64,000 nucleotides of DNA from Comamonadaceae bacterium CG12_big_fil_rev_8_21_14_0_65_59_15 (GTDB taxonomy: Bacteria; Pseudomonadota; Gammaproteobacteria; Burkholderiales; Burkholderiaceae_C). The translations under genes were made by a program, and so were the position numbers. Shown here one piece after another: positions 30,243-40,639 of this stretch (its first letter is position 1; the number at the start of each line of letters is the position of its first letter). The notes under the pieces were generated by a model. It did not search any database and was not told the DNA's origin. It worked only from the letters and a program-made list of their open reading frames with translations. The DNA lies in NCBI GenBank assembly GCA_002786915.1, contig PCUV01000104.1, positions 8,934-72,933 on the forward strand, given 5' to 3'.

Positions 30243-31976
30243 ATGTCAGATCAGCCAGACCACACACCTAACCTGCAAAATCCGTTGGAAGCCGCCAGCA
30301 AAACGCTCAAACAAGCGTTCGATCCGTTTGGCATGGTGTCGTCGCAGATCAATGCGCAACTGGCCTGGCTGGCGCATCCGCGCGAATTCATGCGCGCCGC
30401 CGATGCCTTCACCTCCGACCTGATCAAACTCACCAGCCAGACCCTATTTCGCCCACTGGGCTTGAGCGAAGACGAAATCCACATCGACAACCCCGCCGAC
30501 GCACGCTTTGCCGACCCCGCCTGGTCGCAATCGGTACGCTGGGATTTGCTCAAGGACTGGTACCTGAGCATCACGCACCGGTTGCAAGACCTGATACTGG
30601 AAACGCCGGGGCTGTCGGAGCACGACCGCCATACCGCCGCGTTCTGGCAGCGTAATTGGCTCAACATGGTGGCCCCCACCAATTTTTTCTGGCTCAACCC
30701 GCAGGCCATGGATCGCTGTGCGCAGACGCGCGGTGCCAGCATCACGCGCGGCCTGCAAAATTTTGTGCGCGACGCGCAGGCGCAAAACATCCAGATGGTC
30801 GATGCCAGCGCCTTCAAGGTGGGCCAAAACCTGGGAACCACGGCGGGCAAGGTGATCTTTCGCAACGAGTTGGTGGAGCTGATTCACTACACGCCGACCA
30901 CCGCGCAAGTGCGGCAAACGCCGCTGCTGATCATCACGCCATGGATCAACAAGTTTTACATCCTGGACCTGACCGAAAAGAAAAGCCTGGTCAAGCACCT
31001 CACCGACCAGGGCTTTTCGGTGTTCATCGTCAGTTGGCGCAACCCGCCCGCCGAGATGCGCAACACCACCTTTGACGACTACCTGCTGCAAGGCGTGAAT
31101 GAGCTGGTGCGCGTGACCACCGCGTTCTGCAAGGTACCACAGGTGCATCTGGTGGGCTACTGCATTGGCGGCACGCTGGTCAGCAGCTACATGGCGTGGG
31201 CCAACAAACATTACCCGGCGAACAAGTTGCCGGTGGCGCAGTGGACGCTGCTGGCCACCCTGACCGATTTTTCGCACCCGGGCGAGATCAATATCTTCAT
31301 CGACGACAAAGCGCTCGACGAACTGGAAGACCTGATGGCCCGCAAAGGCTATCTGGACGGTTCTGAAATGGCCGCGTCGTTCCGCTTGCTGCGCTCCAAC
31401 AGCCTGATCTGGAACTACTGGGTGCACAGCTACCTGCTGGGTGAAGAACTGGTGCCGTTTGACGTGCTGTTCTGGAACGTGGACGCCACGCGCATGCCGC
31501 AGGCCATGCACTCGTACTACCTGCGCCAGATGTATCTGCACAATAACCTGATCCAGCCCGAAGCGCTGACGATCGGCGGCGAGCCCATTAGCCTGGGGCG
31601 CATCACGCAAGAGCTGTACGCGGTGACCGCTGAAGAAGACCACATTGCGCCCTGGACGTCTTGCTACCAGATTCGTAAAACAATCGCCCCCAAGACCAAG
31701 GTGCGCTTTGTGCGCTCGACCTCAGGGCATATCCTGGGCATCGTCAACCCGCCGGTGAACCCGCCCAAACGTTCCTATTGGGTGGGCGAGCCCAGCGCCA
31801 AAGACAGCGCACAAGACTGGCTGGAACACGCCGAAAAACACCCCGGCACCTGGTGGACCGACTGGATCAGCTGGCTCAACGAGCGCACCGGCCCGATGGT
31901 CAAGGCCTACCCGGCGTCCAACCGCCAGTTTCCGGCGCTGGCCGATGCGCCGGGCACGTACGTGATGGAAAAGTAA
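30243..31976 (+). CDS. phaC: Class I polyhydroxyalkanoate synthase
   Basis: PWINKFYILDL, GYCIGG lipase box, EEDHIAPW, SGHILG, WW.DW. Confidence 0.93.
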   Translation: MSDQPDHTPNLQNPLEAASKTLKQAFDPFGMVSSQINAQLAWLAHPREFMRAADAFTSDLIKLTSQTLFRPLGLSEDEIHIDNPADARFADPAWSQSVRWDLLKDWYLSITHRLQDLILETPGLSEHDRHTAAFWQRNWLNMVAPTNFFWLNPQAMDRCAQTRGASITRGLQNFVRDAQAQNIQMVDASAFKVGQNLGTTAGKVIFRNELVELIHYTPTTAQVRQTPLLIITPWINKFYILDLTEKKSLVKHLTDQGFSVFIVSWRNPPAEMRNTTFDDYLLQGVNELVRVTTAFCKVPQVHLVGYCIGGTLVSSYMAWANKHYPANKLPVAQWTLLATLTDFSHPGEINIFIDDKALDELEDLMARKGYLDGSEMAASFRLLRSNSLIWNYWVHSYLLGEELVPFDVLFWNVDATRMPQAMHSYYLRQMYLHNNLIQPEALTIGGEPISLGRITQELYAVTAEEDHIAPWTSCYQIRKTIAPKTKVRFVRSTSGHILGIVNPPVNPPKRSYWVGEPSAKDSAQDWLEHAEKHPGTWWTDWISWLNERTGPMVKAYPASNRQFPALADAPGTYVMEK

Positions 31977-31983
31977 CGCAAAG

Positions 31984-32045
31984 CCATCAACTTTGATAGC
32001 TGTTTGCGCTTATTTCGCAAGGGCTAGAGACTGTTTTAATGCTTA
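31984..32045 (+). repeat. ~60-bp fixed-spacing motif between convergent phaC and proQ
   Basis: ATAGCT-N17-AAGGGCTAGAGACTGTTTT. Confidence 0.8.
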
Positions 32046-32720
32046 TTTCAGGGCTGCCAGCGCGGCCCTGATTTCTTGCACATCGCGGCCCACCATGGCG
32101 GCAAAATCTTCTGGCGTTTTGCCACTGGCCTGATACGCCTGTAGCAGTGCGGCACGGCGAGCGCGCTGTTGATCCACCTGGTTGATGGCTTCATCCAGCA
32201 CCGCAGCCACTGCGGCATCAGGTGTACCCACGCGCGCCAAGTAATCGCCACGTGCCAGACCAGACTTGTCATACGCTTTCGTCAATTGCTGTTGCAGTTT
32301 GGGCAACAGGTCTTCCTGCGTGCGCGCCTGGCGGCGCGTGAACACCTCTACCAGCGACAAAAACACATGCTCTGCGGCGACCGGTTCCACTGGCTGGCCC
32401 TGCAGATCATGGCGCGGCAAACCTGACGCCACCGCTTGCAGGTAGCGCGTGGAACGGGTGTGCACGCCCAGCGCCAGCTTGAGCTCGTCGCGCTTGAAAG
32501 TGTCCGGGTGCGCGGCCATCAGCTCCTGAAAAACCCCGAGCTTGAGCGGCAAAAAATGCTGGCCAAAGAGTTTGGGATACAACTCAAACAGCTTTTCCAG
32601 CACCGGCTGTGCGCTGGCAAAGCGGCCTGCGCCCTTGGGCGCTTTGGCCTGATTGGCTGGATTGGCTGGGGGCGCTTCTTGCGGCGCAAGAACGGTGGAT
32701 GCAGAGACGGTGTCGCTCAT
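32043..32720 (-). CDS. proQ: ProQ/FinO family RNA chaperone
   Basis: PLKLGVFQEL, LKLALGVHTRSTRYL, RHDLQG.P. Confidence 0.88.
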   Translation of the reverse strand: MSDTVSASTVLAPQEAPPANPANQAKAPKGAGRFASAQPVLEKLFELYPKLFGQHFLPLKLGVFQELMAAHPDTFKRDELKLALGVHTRSTRYLQAVASGLPRHDLQGQPVEPVAAEHVFLSLVEVFTRRQARTQEDLLPKLQQQLTKAYDKSGLARGDYLARVGTPDAAVAAVLDEAINQVDQQRARRAALLQAYQASGKTPEDFAAMVGRDVQEIRAALAALK

Positions 32721-32818
32721 GGGTGTGCATTGACTTTTCAAGTAAAGCTGGCAATTGTCGGTCAAAGCGCCACTTCGCTGGCATACTTCGCCGCATGAAG
32801 CAGTTTCAGGCCCAAACC

Positions 32819-35491
32819 ATGAACGCCGCTGCGACGTTGCCTGACGCGCCTGCGCTGGCGCAGCAGGTAGCCGCCGTACAAGCCGCCCCCGGGCACTACG
32901 ATGAGTGGCACGGCCGGGTTGCGCAGGCAACGTCTGGGCAGTCTCAAAATGCTACATTTTCTGAAGCTGCCCAAGAAGATTTGACAAGTGCCTGGGCCGA
33001 TTTTTTTAGTCCACTGCAACATGAATCCAAGGTACAGCTGGCGCAGCGCAGCGCCCAGCTGGCGCGCCAGGTGCGCGACAACGGCATCACCTACAACGTG
33101 TATGCAGACCAGGACGGCCCGCAGCGCCCCTGGTCGCTGGACTTGTTCCCGCTGATTCTGGACAGTGCCGACTGGCAACACATAGAAGCCGGTGTTTTGC
33201 AGCGCGCGCGCTTGCTTGAGCACATCATGGCCGATATCTATGGTGCGCAAACGCTGCTTTCCAAGGGCTTGCTGCCGCCCGCACTGGTACAAGGGCATCC
33301 CGGGTATTTACGCGCCATGTGCGGTGCGCAGCCCGTGGGAGGGCGCTTTTTGCACATTGCCGCGTTCGATCTGGCGCGTGGGCCAGACGGCAACTGGTGG
33401 CTGGTAGGGCAGCGCACGCAGGCACCCTCGGGGTTGGGTTATCTGCTGGAAAACCGGCTCGCTATTTCAGCTCAGTTTGAAGCGGCATTTGAATCCATGA
33501 AAGTGCAGCGCCTGGCCAGCACGTACCGCACACTGATGGACAGCCTGCGCGCGCTCAGCCCGATGGGGCGCGGCGCACACCTGGCGCTACTGACGCCCGG
33601 CCCCTACAACGAAACTTATTTTGAGCACGCCTATCTGGCGCGCTACCTGGGCCTGACGCTGGTGGAAGGCAGTGATTTGCTGGTACGCGATGAGCATCTG
33701 TACCTGAAAACGCTCAAGGGCCTGGTGCCAGTGCACGGTTTGCTCAAACGGGTGGACGACCCGTACATGGATCCGTTGGAGCTGCGCGCGGACTCCACCT
33801 TGGGCGTACCGGGCTTGTTGCAGGCCATCCGCACCGGCCATGTGCTGGTGGCCAACGCGCCCGGCTCGGCTTTTCTGGAGTCGCCCGCCCTGCTGGGGTT
33901 TTTACCCGCCCTGGCGCGCCATTTGTTTGACCAGGAACTGTGCCTGCCAGCGCTGCCCACCTGGTGGTGCGGCGAGCGCAGCGCCATGCTCGAGGCGCTA
34001 ACCAAACTGCCGGAATGTGCCATCAAGCCCACTTACCCTGGCAGCGACAACCACAATACATTTGACGCGGTGCTGGGGGCGCGGCAAGACGCGCACACGC
34101 TGGACGAATGGGCTGGCCGCATGGTGCGCAACCCGCAAGACTACACCGTGCAAACATATATGCCCTACTCGCAACTGCCCGTGTGGCAAGAAGAGCGTGA
34201 CGGCGCGGGGGATGGCACGTTGCAGGCTCGCTCAGTGGTGTTGCGCGTGTTTGCCGTCTCTGACGGTGCGCAAGGATGGCGTGTGTTGCCAGGCGGGCTG
34301 GCACGCGTGGCCAGCGGGCTGGAAGACGTGACGTCGATGCAGCGCGGCGGCAGCAGTGTGGATGTATGGGCCATCACGCAAACCGAGATCGATCGCACCA
34401 CGCTGCTGCACCCGCACCTGACGCCCGAAAGCCTGATGCAACGCAAGCGCATGGTGACCAGTCGCGCCGCAGAAAACCTGTTTTGGCTCGGCCGCTACAC
34501 CGAGCGCACGGAAAACGCCCTGCGCCTGGCACGCCTGACGCTGGGTTGTTTGCACGGGGACATGCACGACACCGCCGAACTGAAAACGTGGCTGGGCCAA
34601 TTGGCTGTACTCAATACGTTGGTGTTGCCAAGCGTACCCACCCCCAACCAGGCACCGCATATCTTTGAGCGCGCCCTGATTGACAGCCTCACCGCCACCA
34701 ACCAGGCCACCAGCGTGGGCTACTGCCTGCGCGCGCTCAAGCTGGCGGCATCCAGCGTGCGTGAGCGCCTGTCGCTGGAACATTGGCGCATCATCACACG
34801 CACCGAAGAATCGCTGTTTGCCCGCTTCGCGCAATACCACCAGCAAGGCGACTGCACGGCCCAGAACGCGCTGCACATCCTCAAGGACATCAGCGACCAC
34901 ATGGCCGCCATCACCGGTGCCCAAACCGACCGCATGACGCGCGACGACGGTTGGCGGCTGCTGAGCATTGGCCGGCACATTGAGCGACTGGCGTTTCTGT
35001 CCACCGCCTTGAACCGGGCCATTGACTGCCAAAGCCTGCAAACTGACGCTGGCTTCGACGCTGCCATCGAGTTGTTTGACAACGCCATCACTTTTCATGC
35101 CCAGTTCCAGCAAAGCCGCGACATGGCCGCGCTGATTGATTTGCTGGTGCTGGACCGCGACAACCCACGCTCCATCTACTGGGTGGCCAAGACGCTGCGT
35201 GGTCGGCTGGCCAAACTGGCGGGGAGTGAACCGAATCAACTCAGCGAACTGTCGCTGCAAGTGCCCAACCCTGACGTGTGGAATCTGGCGCAATTGTGCG
35301 AGCGGGCTTACGATCTGATTGATCCGCTACCCTGCGACGGTGACGCGCCCAGCAAGCAGGCACCCGGCTATTTGCTGCTGCGCTCGCTGTTGCACGACTG
35401 TACCAACGCTGCGTATGCGGTGTCAGAGGCGGTCAGCGCCACTTATTTCACCCACGCTGGCATCACCAACCGGAGCGTGCGGGCATCATGA
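32819..35491 (+). CDS. Circularly permuted type 2 ATP-grasp protein fused to an alpha-E domain
   Basis: AFDLARG, RTQAPSGLGY.LENR, LTPGPYNETYFEHAYLARYLG, PGGLARVA, QRGGSS.DVW, FWLGRYTERTE, GRHIER; start may be 32795. Confidence 0.93.
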   Translation: MNAAATLPDAPALAQQVAAVQAAPGHYDEWHGRVAQATSGQSQNATFSEAAQEDLTSAWADFFSPLQHESKVQLAQRSAQLARQVRDNGITYNVYADQDGPQRPWSLDLFPLILDSADWQHIEAGVLQRARLLEHIMADIYGAQTLLSKGLLPPALVQGHPGYLRAMCGAQPVGGRFLHIAAFDLARGPDGNWWLVGQRTQAPSGLGYLLENRLAISAQFEAAFESMKVQRLASTYRTLMDSLRALSPMGRGAHLALLTPGPYNETYFEHAYLARYLGLTLVEGSDLLVRDEHLYLKTLKGLVPVHGLLKRVDDPYMDPLELRADSTLGVPGLLQAIRTGHVLVANAPGSAFLESPALLGFLPALARHLFDQELCLPALPTWWCGERSAMLEALTKLPECAIKPTYPGSDNHNTFDAVLGARQDAHTLDEWAGRMVRNPQDYTVQTYMPYSQLPVWQEERDGAGDGTLQARSVVLRVFAVSDGAQGWRVLPGGLARVASGLEDVTSMQRGGSSVDVWAITQTEIDRTTLLHPHLTPESLMQRKRMVTSRAAENLFWLGRYTERTENALRLARLTLGCLHGDMHDTAELKTWLGQLAVLNTLVLPSVPTPNQAPHIFERALIDSLTATNQATSVGYCLRALKLAASSVRERLSLEHWRIITRTEESLFARFAQYHQQGDCTAQNALHILKDISDHMAAITGAQTDRMTRDDGWRLLSIGRHIERLAFLSTALNRAIDCQSLQTDAGFDAAIELFDNAITFHAQFQQSRDMAALIDLLVLDRDNPRSIYWVAKTLRGRLAKLAGSEPNQLSELSLQVPNPDVWNLAQLCERAYDLIDPLPCDGDAPSKQAPGYLLLRSLLHDCTNAAYAVSEAVSATYFTHAGITNRSVRAS
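32950..33007 (+). repeat. ~60-bp fixed-spacing motif, degenerate copy inside the ATP-grasp gene
   Basis: TGCTAC-N7-GAAGCT-N17-AAGTGCCTGGGCCGATTT (1 nt shorter than consensus). Confidence 0.55.
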
Positions 35492-36402
35492 AGCTGGCTG
35501 TCACGCACGAAACCACATACGACTACCCGTCGTCGGTTGAAGCGGCACAGCACCTGGTGTACCTGACACCGCGCCGCACCGACGCGCAGCAGTTGCTGGC
35601 GCACCGGCTTGATATTTACCCGCGCCCAGAGCAAATCCACAGCTCGGTAGATGTGTTTGGTAACACACGCAGTTTTTTTGCGCTGCACCTACCGCACCGG
35701 CAACTGCGCGTAGTGGGCATCAGTGAGGTTGTGACCAGCGCCAGCACGCTGCCTGAGAACCCAGTCATCTGGGAACAGGCGCGTGAGCATTTTCGCTACC
35801 AGGCAGGTGCCGCTTTTGACCCGGCCTGCGAATTTACCTTTGCCTCACCCATGGCGCCGGTGCACGCAGAATTTGCCGCTTACGCGCGCGCCAGCTTTGC
35901 GCCGGGTCACCGTCTGTTGTTGTGCGCGCTGGACCTGATGCATCGCATCTATGACGACTTTAGCTACGAAAGCGCCAGCACAGAAGTCAGTACCCCCGCA
36001 CTTCAGGCACTGCACCAGCGTCAAGGTGTGTGCCAGGATTTTGCGCATATTTTTGTCGCCTGCTTGCGATCGATGGGCCTGGCGGCACGCTACGTGAGTG
36101 GCTACTTGCTGACGCAACCGGCCCCGGGAACGATCAAACTGCGCGGCAGCGACGCGTCCCACGCGTGGGGCGCGGTGTACTTACCCGTGCTGCCCGGCAA
36201 CACCACGCAGCCCAATGCCACAGCGTGCTGGGTGGACATGGACCCCACCAATGACCGCGCAGGCTGGCAGTCGCCGGGCGCAGACTACGTGACCTTGGCT
36301 GTAGGGCGCGATTTTTCAGACGTGTCTCCGATGCGCGGCGTCATCCACGGCGGTGCCAGCCATACCCTGCGCGTTGGGGTGACGGTGGAGCCCGTGGCAT
36401 GA
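35488..36402 (+). CDS. Transglutaminase-like protein
   Basis: GVCQDFAH, AARYVSGYL, ASHAW, DPTN, GRDFSDVSP.RG. Confidence 0.93.
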   Translation: MKLAVTHETTYDYPSSVEAAQHLVYLTPRRTDAQQLLAHRLDIYPRPEQIHSSVDVFGNTRSFFALHLPHRQLRVVGISEVVTSASTLPENPVIWEQAREHFRYQAGAAFDPACEFTFASPMAPVHAEFAAYARASFAPGHRLLLCALDLMHRIYDDFSYESASTEVSTPALQALHQRQGVCQDFAHIFVACLRSMGLAARYVSGYLLTQPAPGTIKLRGSDASHAWGAVYLPVLPGNTTQPNATACWVDMDPTNDRAGWQSPGADYVTLAVGRDFSDVSPMRGVIHGGASHTLRVGVTVEPVA

Positions 36403-36535
36403 CGCCAGGAATATCTTGCTGATTGTTTCAAGCTCTTCGGGTAAGACCATGCGCAGACCTACCCGCCCCTGCAAGATGCGCTGTTGACACAAAGCTGGCA
36501 GGGCGACGTGGTTTCCGAGAACTTTTGTCCTGCTC

Positions 36536-36606
36536 AACTATGATTTGAAATTGATAGCTTATCAAGCTTATCTGATAGGGGCCAGACGCACTTTTATCCC
36601 GTAAAA
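36536..36606 (+). repeat. ~60-bp fixed-spacing motif at the 3' end of the PfkB kinase gene
   Basis: ATAGCT-N17-AGGGGCCAGACGCACTTTT. Confidence 0.65.
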
Positions 36607-37589
36607 GCAAGGCCACCCCGGGCCACGTACGCACGCACCTCGGCACGCGTTGGCGGCACACAGCCGCGCTGCATCACGCACAGGCTGGCACTGGCAATGG
36701 CGCTGCCTAGCAAGTCATGCGCCACCGGGGTGGCAACCGCCATGGCACCCCAGTCTGGCGGCAGATCATGCGCCAACATGGCCGTCACCAGTCCGGCCAG
36801 AAAGCAGTCACCCGCACCTACGGTGTCCAGCACAGTCAGGGGCTGGGTTTCGTGGGCCGCAAAGGTTTGACCAAACCGTGTCAGCAAGGCCGCCCCGTCG
36901 CCACCGCGCGTGAGCGCCAGCACACTGGCGCGGCTGGTTTTCAGCAACTGCCTGGCCTGGGCCATGGCATCGGCACCGGGCAGCGCTAGGCAAGCCAGGT
37001 CTTCATCGCTGGCCTTGATCACATCAGCGTATTGCAGGGCGGTGAGCACATGCCGGCGGTACAGGTCCAGGTTGGGCATGACTGAGGGCCGCAGGTTGGC
37101 ATCAATCACCACCGTGCGCCCGGCCTGGCGTTGCGCCGCAAGCCAGGGCAAATAGGTTAGCGCGTCGTCCGGCGACAAGGCCAGCGCACCGGTGCAGACC
37201 AGCTGCAATCCCTCGGCCGTGCTGCAAGCCTGCGTCAGCTCGTCAGCGCTGGTGGCACGGTCGGCCACGCCCTCGCGGTAAAACGCGTAATCGGGGTGGC
37301 CGTGGCCATCCACATTTACCACCGCCAGCGATGTCACGGGGAGCACCGGCTCCGGCACGGCCAGGTGTACACCGTCTTGCACCATTTGCGCGGCCAGTTG
37401 CCTGCCCAGCCGGTCTTTCGACAGCGGGTTGAGGTAGAGCGTTTCAATACCCTGTCGCGCCAAGGCCCGCGTCAGGTTGTAAACCGCACCGCCCAGACAG
37501 GGCTCAAACCGACCATCCGGGCCAGCGATCAGGTCGATCAGGGCCTCACCAGCGGTGGCCACTTGTATCATGGTATTTTTTTGCATCAT
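36594..37589 (-). CDS. PfkB family carbohydrate kinase (probable fructokinase)
   Basis: GEALIDL, GGA.YN, DANLRP, DTVGAGDCF; divergent from frc operon; start uncertain. Confidence 0.88.
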   Translation of the reverse strand: MMQKNTMIQVATAGEALIDLIAGPDGRFEPCLGGAVYNLTRALARQGIETLYLNPLSKDRLGRQLAAQMVQDGVHLAVPEPVLPVTSLAVVNVDGHGHPDYAFYREGVADRATSADELTQACSTAEGLQLVCTGALALSPDDALTYLPWLAAQRQAGRTVVIDANLRPSVMPNLDLYRRHVLTALQYADVIKASDEDLACLALPGADAMAQARQLLKTSRASVLALTRGGDGAALLTRFGQTFAAHETQPLTVLDTVGAGDCFLAGLVTAMLAHDLPPDWGAMAVATPVAHDLLGSAIASASLCVMQRGCVPPTRAEVRAYVARGGLAFTG

Positions 37590-37755
37590 CTCAGGGTTTT
37601 CCATAACTAAAACAACTTGATTTATTAACTATTCTGCCACTATAGTTCAGCCACGCTGATCCGGCAAGCGGCATTTCCCGAAGAAGTGCGTCGTTGGACA
37701 GCGCTGCACCCAACCACCAACCCGCCGCAAGGCTTGAAACACACGAGGACACCGC

Positions 37756-38742
37756 ATGAAACTCTCCACCACCCTGATTCTGAGCAGCCTGACCCTGGCC
37801 ATTGGCAGCGCGTTTGCCGCCGATGCACCGGTGATCGGCCTGATCACCAAAACCGAAACCAACCCCTTCTTCGTCAAGATGAAGGAAGGCGCTCAACAAG
37901 AAGCCAAGAAAGCCGGAGCCAAGCTGATGACTGCCACCGGCAAAAAGGATGGCGACACCGCCAGCCAGATCACGGCACTGGAAAACATGGCCGCTGCCGG
38001 AGCCAAGACCATTCTGATCACCTCCACGGGCGATGCCATCATCCCGACCGTGAAAAAAGTGCAGGCCAAGGGCGTACAAGTGATTGCGCTGGACAGCCCG
38101 TTTGACGGCGCGGATGCCCTGTTTGCTACCGACAACTACAAAGCCGGGGTGCTGATTGGCCAATACGCCAAAGCCGCGTTGGGCAACAAACCCGCCAAGA
38201 TCGCCATGCTCGACCTGTTTCCCGGCCACCCGGTGGGCGCACAACGCCACAACGGCTTCATGACCGGCTTTGGCCTGAAAGCCAACGATGCCAAATCCAA
38301 CGAACTCTCCAGCACGGCCGAGACCGTGTGCGCTGGCGACACCGACGGCAACCAGGCCAAAGGCCAAACCGCGATGGAAAACTGCCTGCAAAAAAATCCC
38401 GATATCAATGTGGTCTACACCATCAATGAACCCGCCGCCGCGGGTGCTTTCAACGCTTTGAAGAAAGCCGGTAAAGACAAAGGCGTGATCATCGTGTCGG
38501 TGGACGGTGGCTGCCAGGGCATCCGTGACACGGCCGCAGGCAAGATTGCTGCCACCAGCCAACAATACCCGCTGAAGATGGCGTCCATGGGCGTTGCCGC
38601 TGGTGTGGAATACGCAAAAACCGGCAAGAAGGTTTCCGGCTACACCGACACCGGCGTGACCCTGATCGCCAACAAAGCCGTGGCGGGTGTGGACAGCAAG
38701 GACACCAAGACCGGTTTGAACCTGTGCTGGGGTAACAAGTAA
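37756..38742 (+). CDS. frcB: Sugar (fructose-type) ABC transporter periplasmic protein
   Basis: LITKTETNPFFVKMKEGA, FATDN.KAG.LIG, VYTINEPAAAG, SQQYPLKMA. Confidence 0.88.
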   Translation: MKLSTTLILSSLTLAIGSAFAADAPVIGLITKTETNPFFVKMKEGAQQEAKKAGAKLMTATGKKDGDTASQITALENMAAAGAKTILITSTGDAIIPTVKKVQAKGVQVIALDSPFDGADALFATDNYKAGVLIGQYAKAALGNKPAKIAMLDLFPGHPVGAQRHNGFMTGFGLKANDAKSNELSSTAETVCAGDTDGNQAKGQTAMENCLQKNPDINVVYTINEPAAAGAFNALKKAGKDKGVIIVSVDGGCQGIRDTAAGKIAATSQQYPLKMASMGVAAGVEYAKTGKKVSGYTDTGVTLIANKAVAGVDSKDTKTGLNLCWGNK

Positions 38743-38863
38743 ACAAGCCCCAGCCCCTCGCCCAAGGGCTGGACTCCTGCACAGCCGCATGAACTTGCCA
38801 CCGCAGAAGCCCAGCCCATGGGGTGAAAGCCCTCCTGTATTCATATTTCACCTGGAGTCTGTG

Positions 38864-39823
38864 ATGTCAACGTCCAACAAACGCCCCATTCCTTGGGGGG
38901 CTCTTGGCCCCTGGATCGCACTGGCGGTCACCTGCCTGTTTTTTACCGTCCAGACCGAACGCTTTTTGAGTGGCACCAACCTGTCTTTGGTGCTGCAGCA
39001 AGTCATGGTGGTGGGTGTGCTGGCCATTGGCCAGTCCTTGATTATTCTGACCGCCGGCATTGACTTGTCGTGCGGCATGGTGATGGCCCTGAGCGGTGTG
39101 GTCATGACCAAATTTGCCATTGATTTCGGCATGAATCCCTATCTGGCCACAGCCTGCGGCCTGGGCGTGGCGGTGGGTTTTGGCCTGCTCAACGGCCTGC
39201 TGGTGACGCGCATGAAGTTGCCACCCTTCATTGTCACGTTGGGAACACTGAACATTGCGTTTGCCGTCACCCAAATCTATTCTGAATCGCAAACCATCAC
39301 CGACCTGCCCGAGGCCATGACGACGCTGGGCAACACCTTTAACATTGGCAGCACCGAAGTCAGCCTGGGCACCGTCACCATGCTGCTGCTGTACCTGCTG
39401 GCCTGGTTTGTGTTGCGTGAGACCTCGCCGGGTCGCCACTTGTACGCCGTGGGCAACAACCCCGAAGCGGCGCGCCTGACGGGCATCAGCGTCGACCGGG
39501 TGTTAATCACGGTGTATGCGATGGCCGGTTTGTTTTATGGCATTGCAGCGATGCTTTCAGTCGCCAGAACGGGCGTGGGTGACCCCAATGCCGGGCAGAC
39601 CGAAAACCTCGATGCGATCACCGCCGTGGTGCTGGGCGGCACCAGCCTGTTTGGTGGGCGCGGGCTGATTCTGGGCTCGCTGGTCGGGGCCGTGATTGTG
39701 GGCGTGTTCCGCAACGGACTGACCCTGATGGGCGTGGCCTCGGTGTATCAAACCCTCATTACCGGCATCCTGGTCATCCTGGCAGTAGCCGCCGACCAAA
39801 TGTCGCGCAAAGGAGCAAGGTGA
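38864..39823 (+). CDS. frcC: Sugar ABC transporter permease
   Basis: ILTAGIDLSCG, PPFIVTLGT, GNNPEAARLTG, AVVLGGTSLFGG. Confidence 0.88.
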   Translation: MSTSNKRPIPWGALGPWIALAVTCLFFTVQTERFLSGTNLSLVLQQVMVVGVLAIGQSLIILTAGIDLSCGMVMALSGVVMTKFAIDFGMNPYLATACGLGVAVGFGLLNGLLVTRMKLPPFIVTLGTLNIAFAVTQIYSESQTITDLPEAMTTLGNTFNIGSTEVSLGTVTMLLLYLLAWFVLRETSPGRHLYAVGNNPEAARLTGISVDRVLITVYAMAGLFYGIAAMLSVARTGVGDPNAGQTENLDAITAVVLGGTSLFGGRGLILGSLVGAVIVGVFRNGLTLMGVASVYQTLITGILVILAVAADQMSRKGAR

Positions 39824-40620
39824 TGAAACCAAATACTTCACAACCCTTGGTGATGCAGGCCAAAGGCATCGTCAAGCGCTATGGCCAGGTCACGGCGCTC
39901 GACGGCACCGACTTTGAGCTGCGCGCCGGCGAAATTCTGGCCGTGATTGGCGACAACGGCGCGGGCAAATCGTCGCTGATCAAAGCCTTGTCCGGGGCGA
40001 CCGTCCCGGACGAGGGCGAACTGCTGCTGGATGGCAAACCGGTGCATTTCAAATCACCCATTGACGCGCGCAAGGCGGGCATCGAGACCGTCTATCAGGA
40101 CTTGGCCGTAGCGCCAGCCATGAGCATTGCTGAAAACCTGTTTCTGGGCCGCGAACTGCTTAAGCCCGGTCTGATGGGCCAATGGCTCAAGTTGCTGGAC
40201 AAGAAGGAAATGCTCAAGCAGGCTATTTCGCGCATGAACGACCTCAAGGTCGGCATCCGTTCCATGACGCAGGCGGTCGAGACCCTCTCGGGCGGCCAGC
40301 GCCAATGTGTGGCCGTGGCCCGTGCAGCGGCGTTTGCCCAGCACGTGGTCATCATGGACGAACCCACCGCCGCGCTGGGCGTGAAAGAGGGCAACATGGT
40401 GCTGGAGCTGATCCGGCGCGTGCGCGACAAAGGCCTGCCGGTGATTCTGATTAGCCACAACATGCCGCATGTGTTTGAGGTGGCCGACCGCATCCACATC
40501 CAGCGCTTGGGGCGGCGCGCGGCGGTGGTCAACCCCAAGACCATCAGCATGAGCGACACCGTGGCGGTGATGACCGGTGCCAAGACGGTCGACGAGCTGC
40601 CGCTGGAAGCGCTGGCCTGA
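39820..40620 (+). CDS. frcA: Sugar ABC transporter ATP-binding protein
   Basis: GDNGAGKS, LSGGQRQ, DEPTAALG. Confidence 0.9.
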   Translation: MMKPNTSQPLVMQAKGIVKRYGQVTALDGTDFELRAGEILAVIGDNGAGKSSLIKALSGATVPDEGELLLDGKPVHFKSPIDARKAGIETVYQDLAVAPAMSIAENLFLGRELLKPGLMGQWLKLLDKKEMLKQAISRMNDLKVGIRSMTQAVETLSGGQRQCVAVARAAAFAQHVVIMDEPTAALGVKEGNMVLELIRRVRDKGLPVILISHNMPHVFEVADRIHIQRLGRRAAVVNPKTISMSDTVAVMTGAKTVDELPLEALA

Positions 40621-40639
40621 ACGCACCGCAAGGCCACCC

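Noticed and set aside
36316-36537. 73-aa minus-strand ORF
   Set aside because: Overlaps the transglutaminase end and has no recognisable motif.
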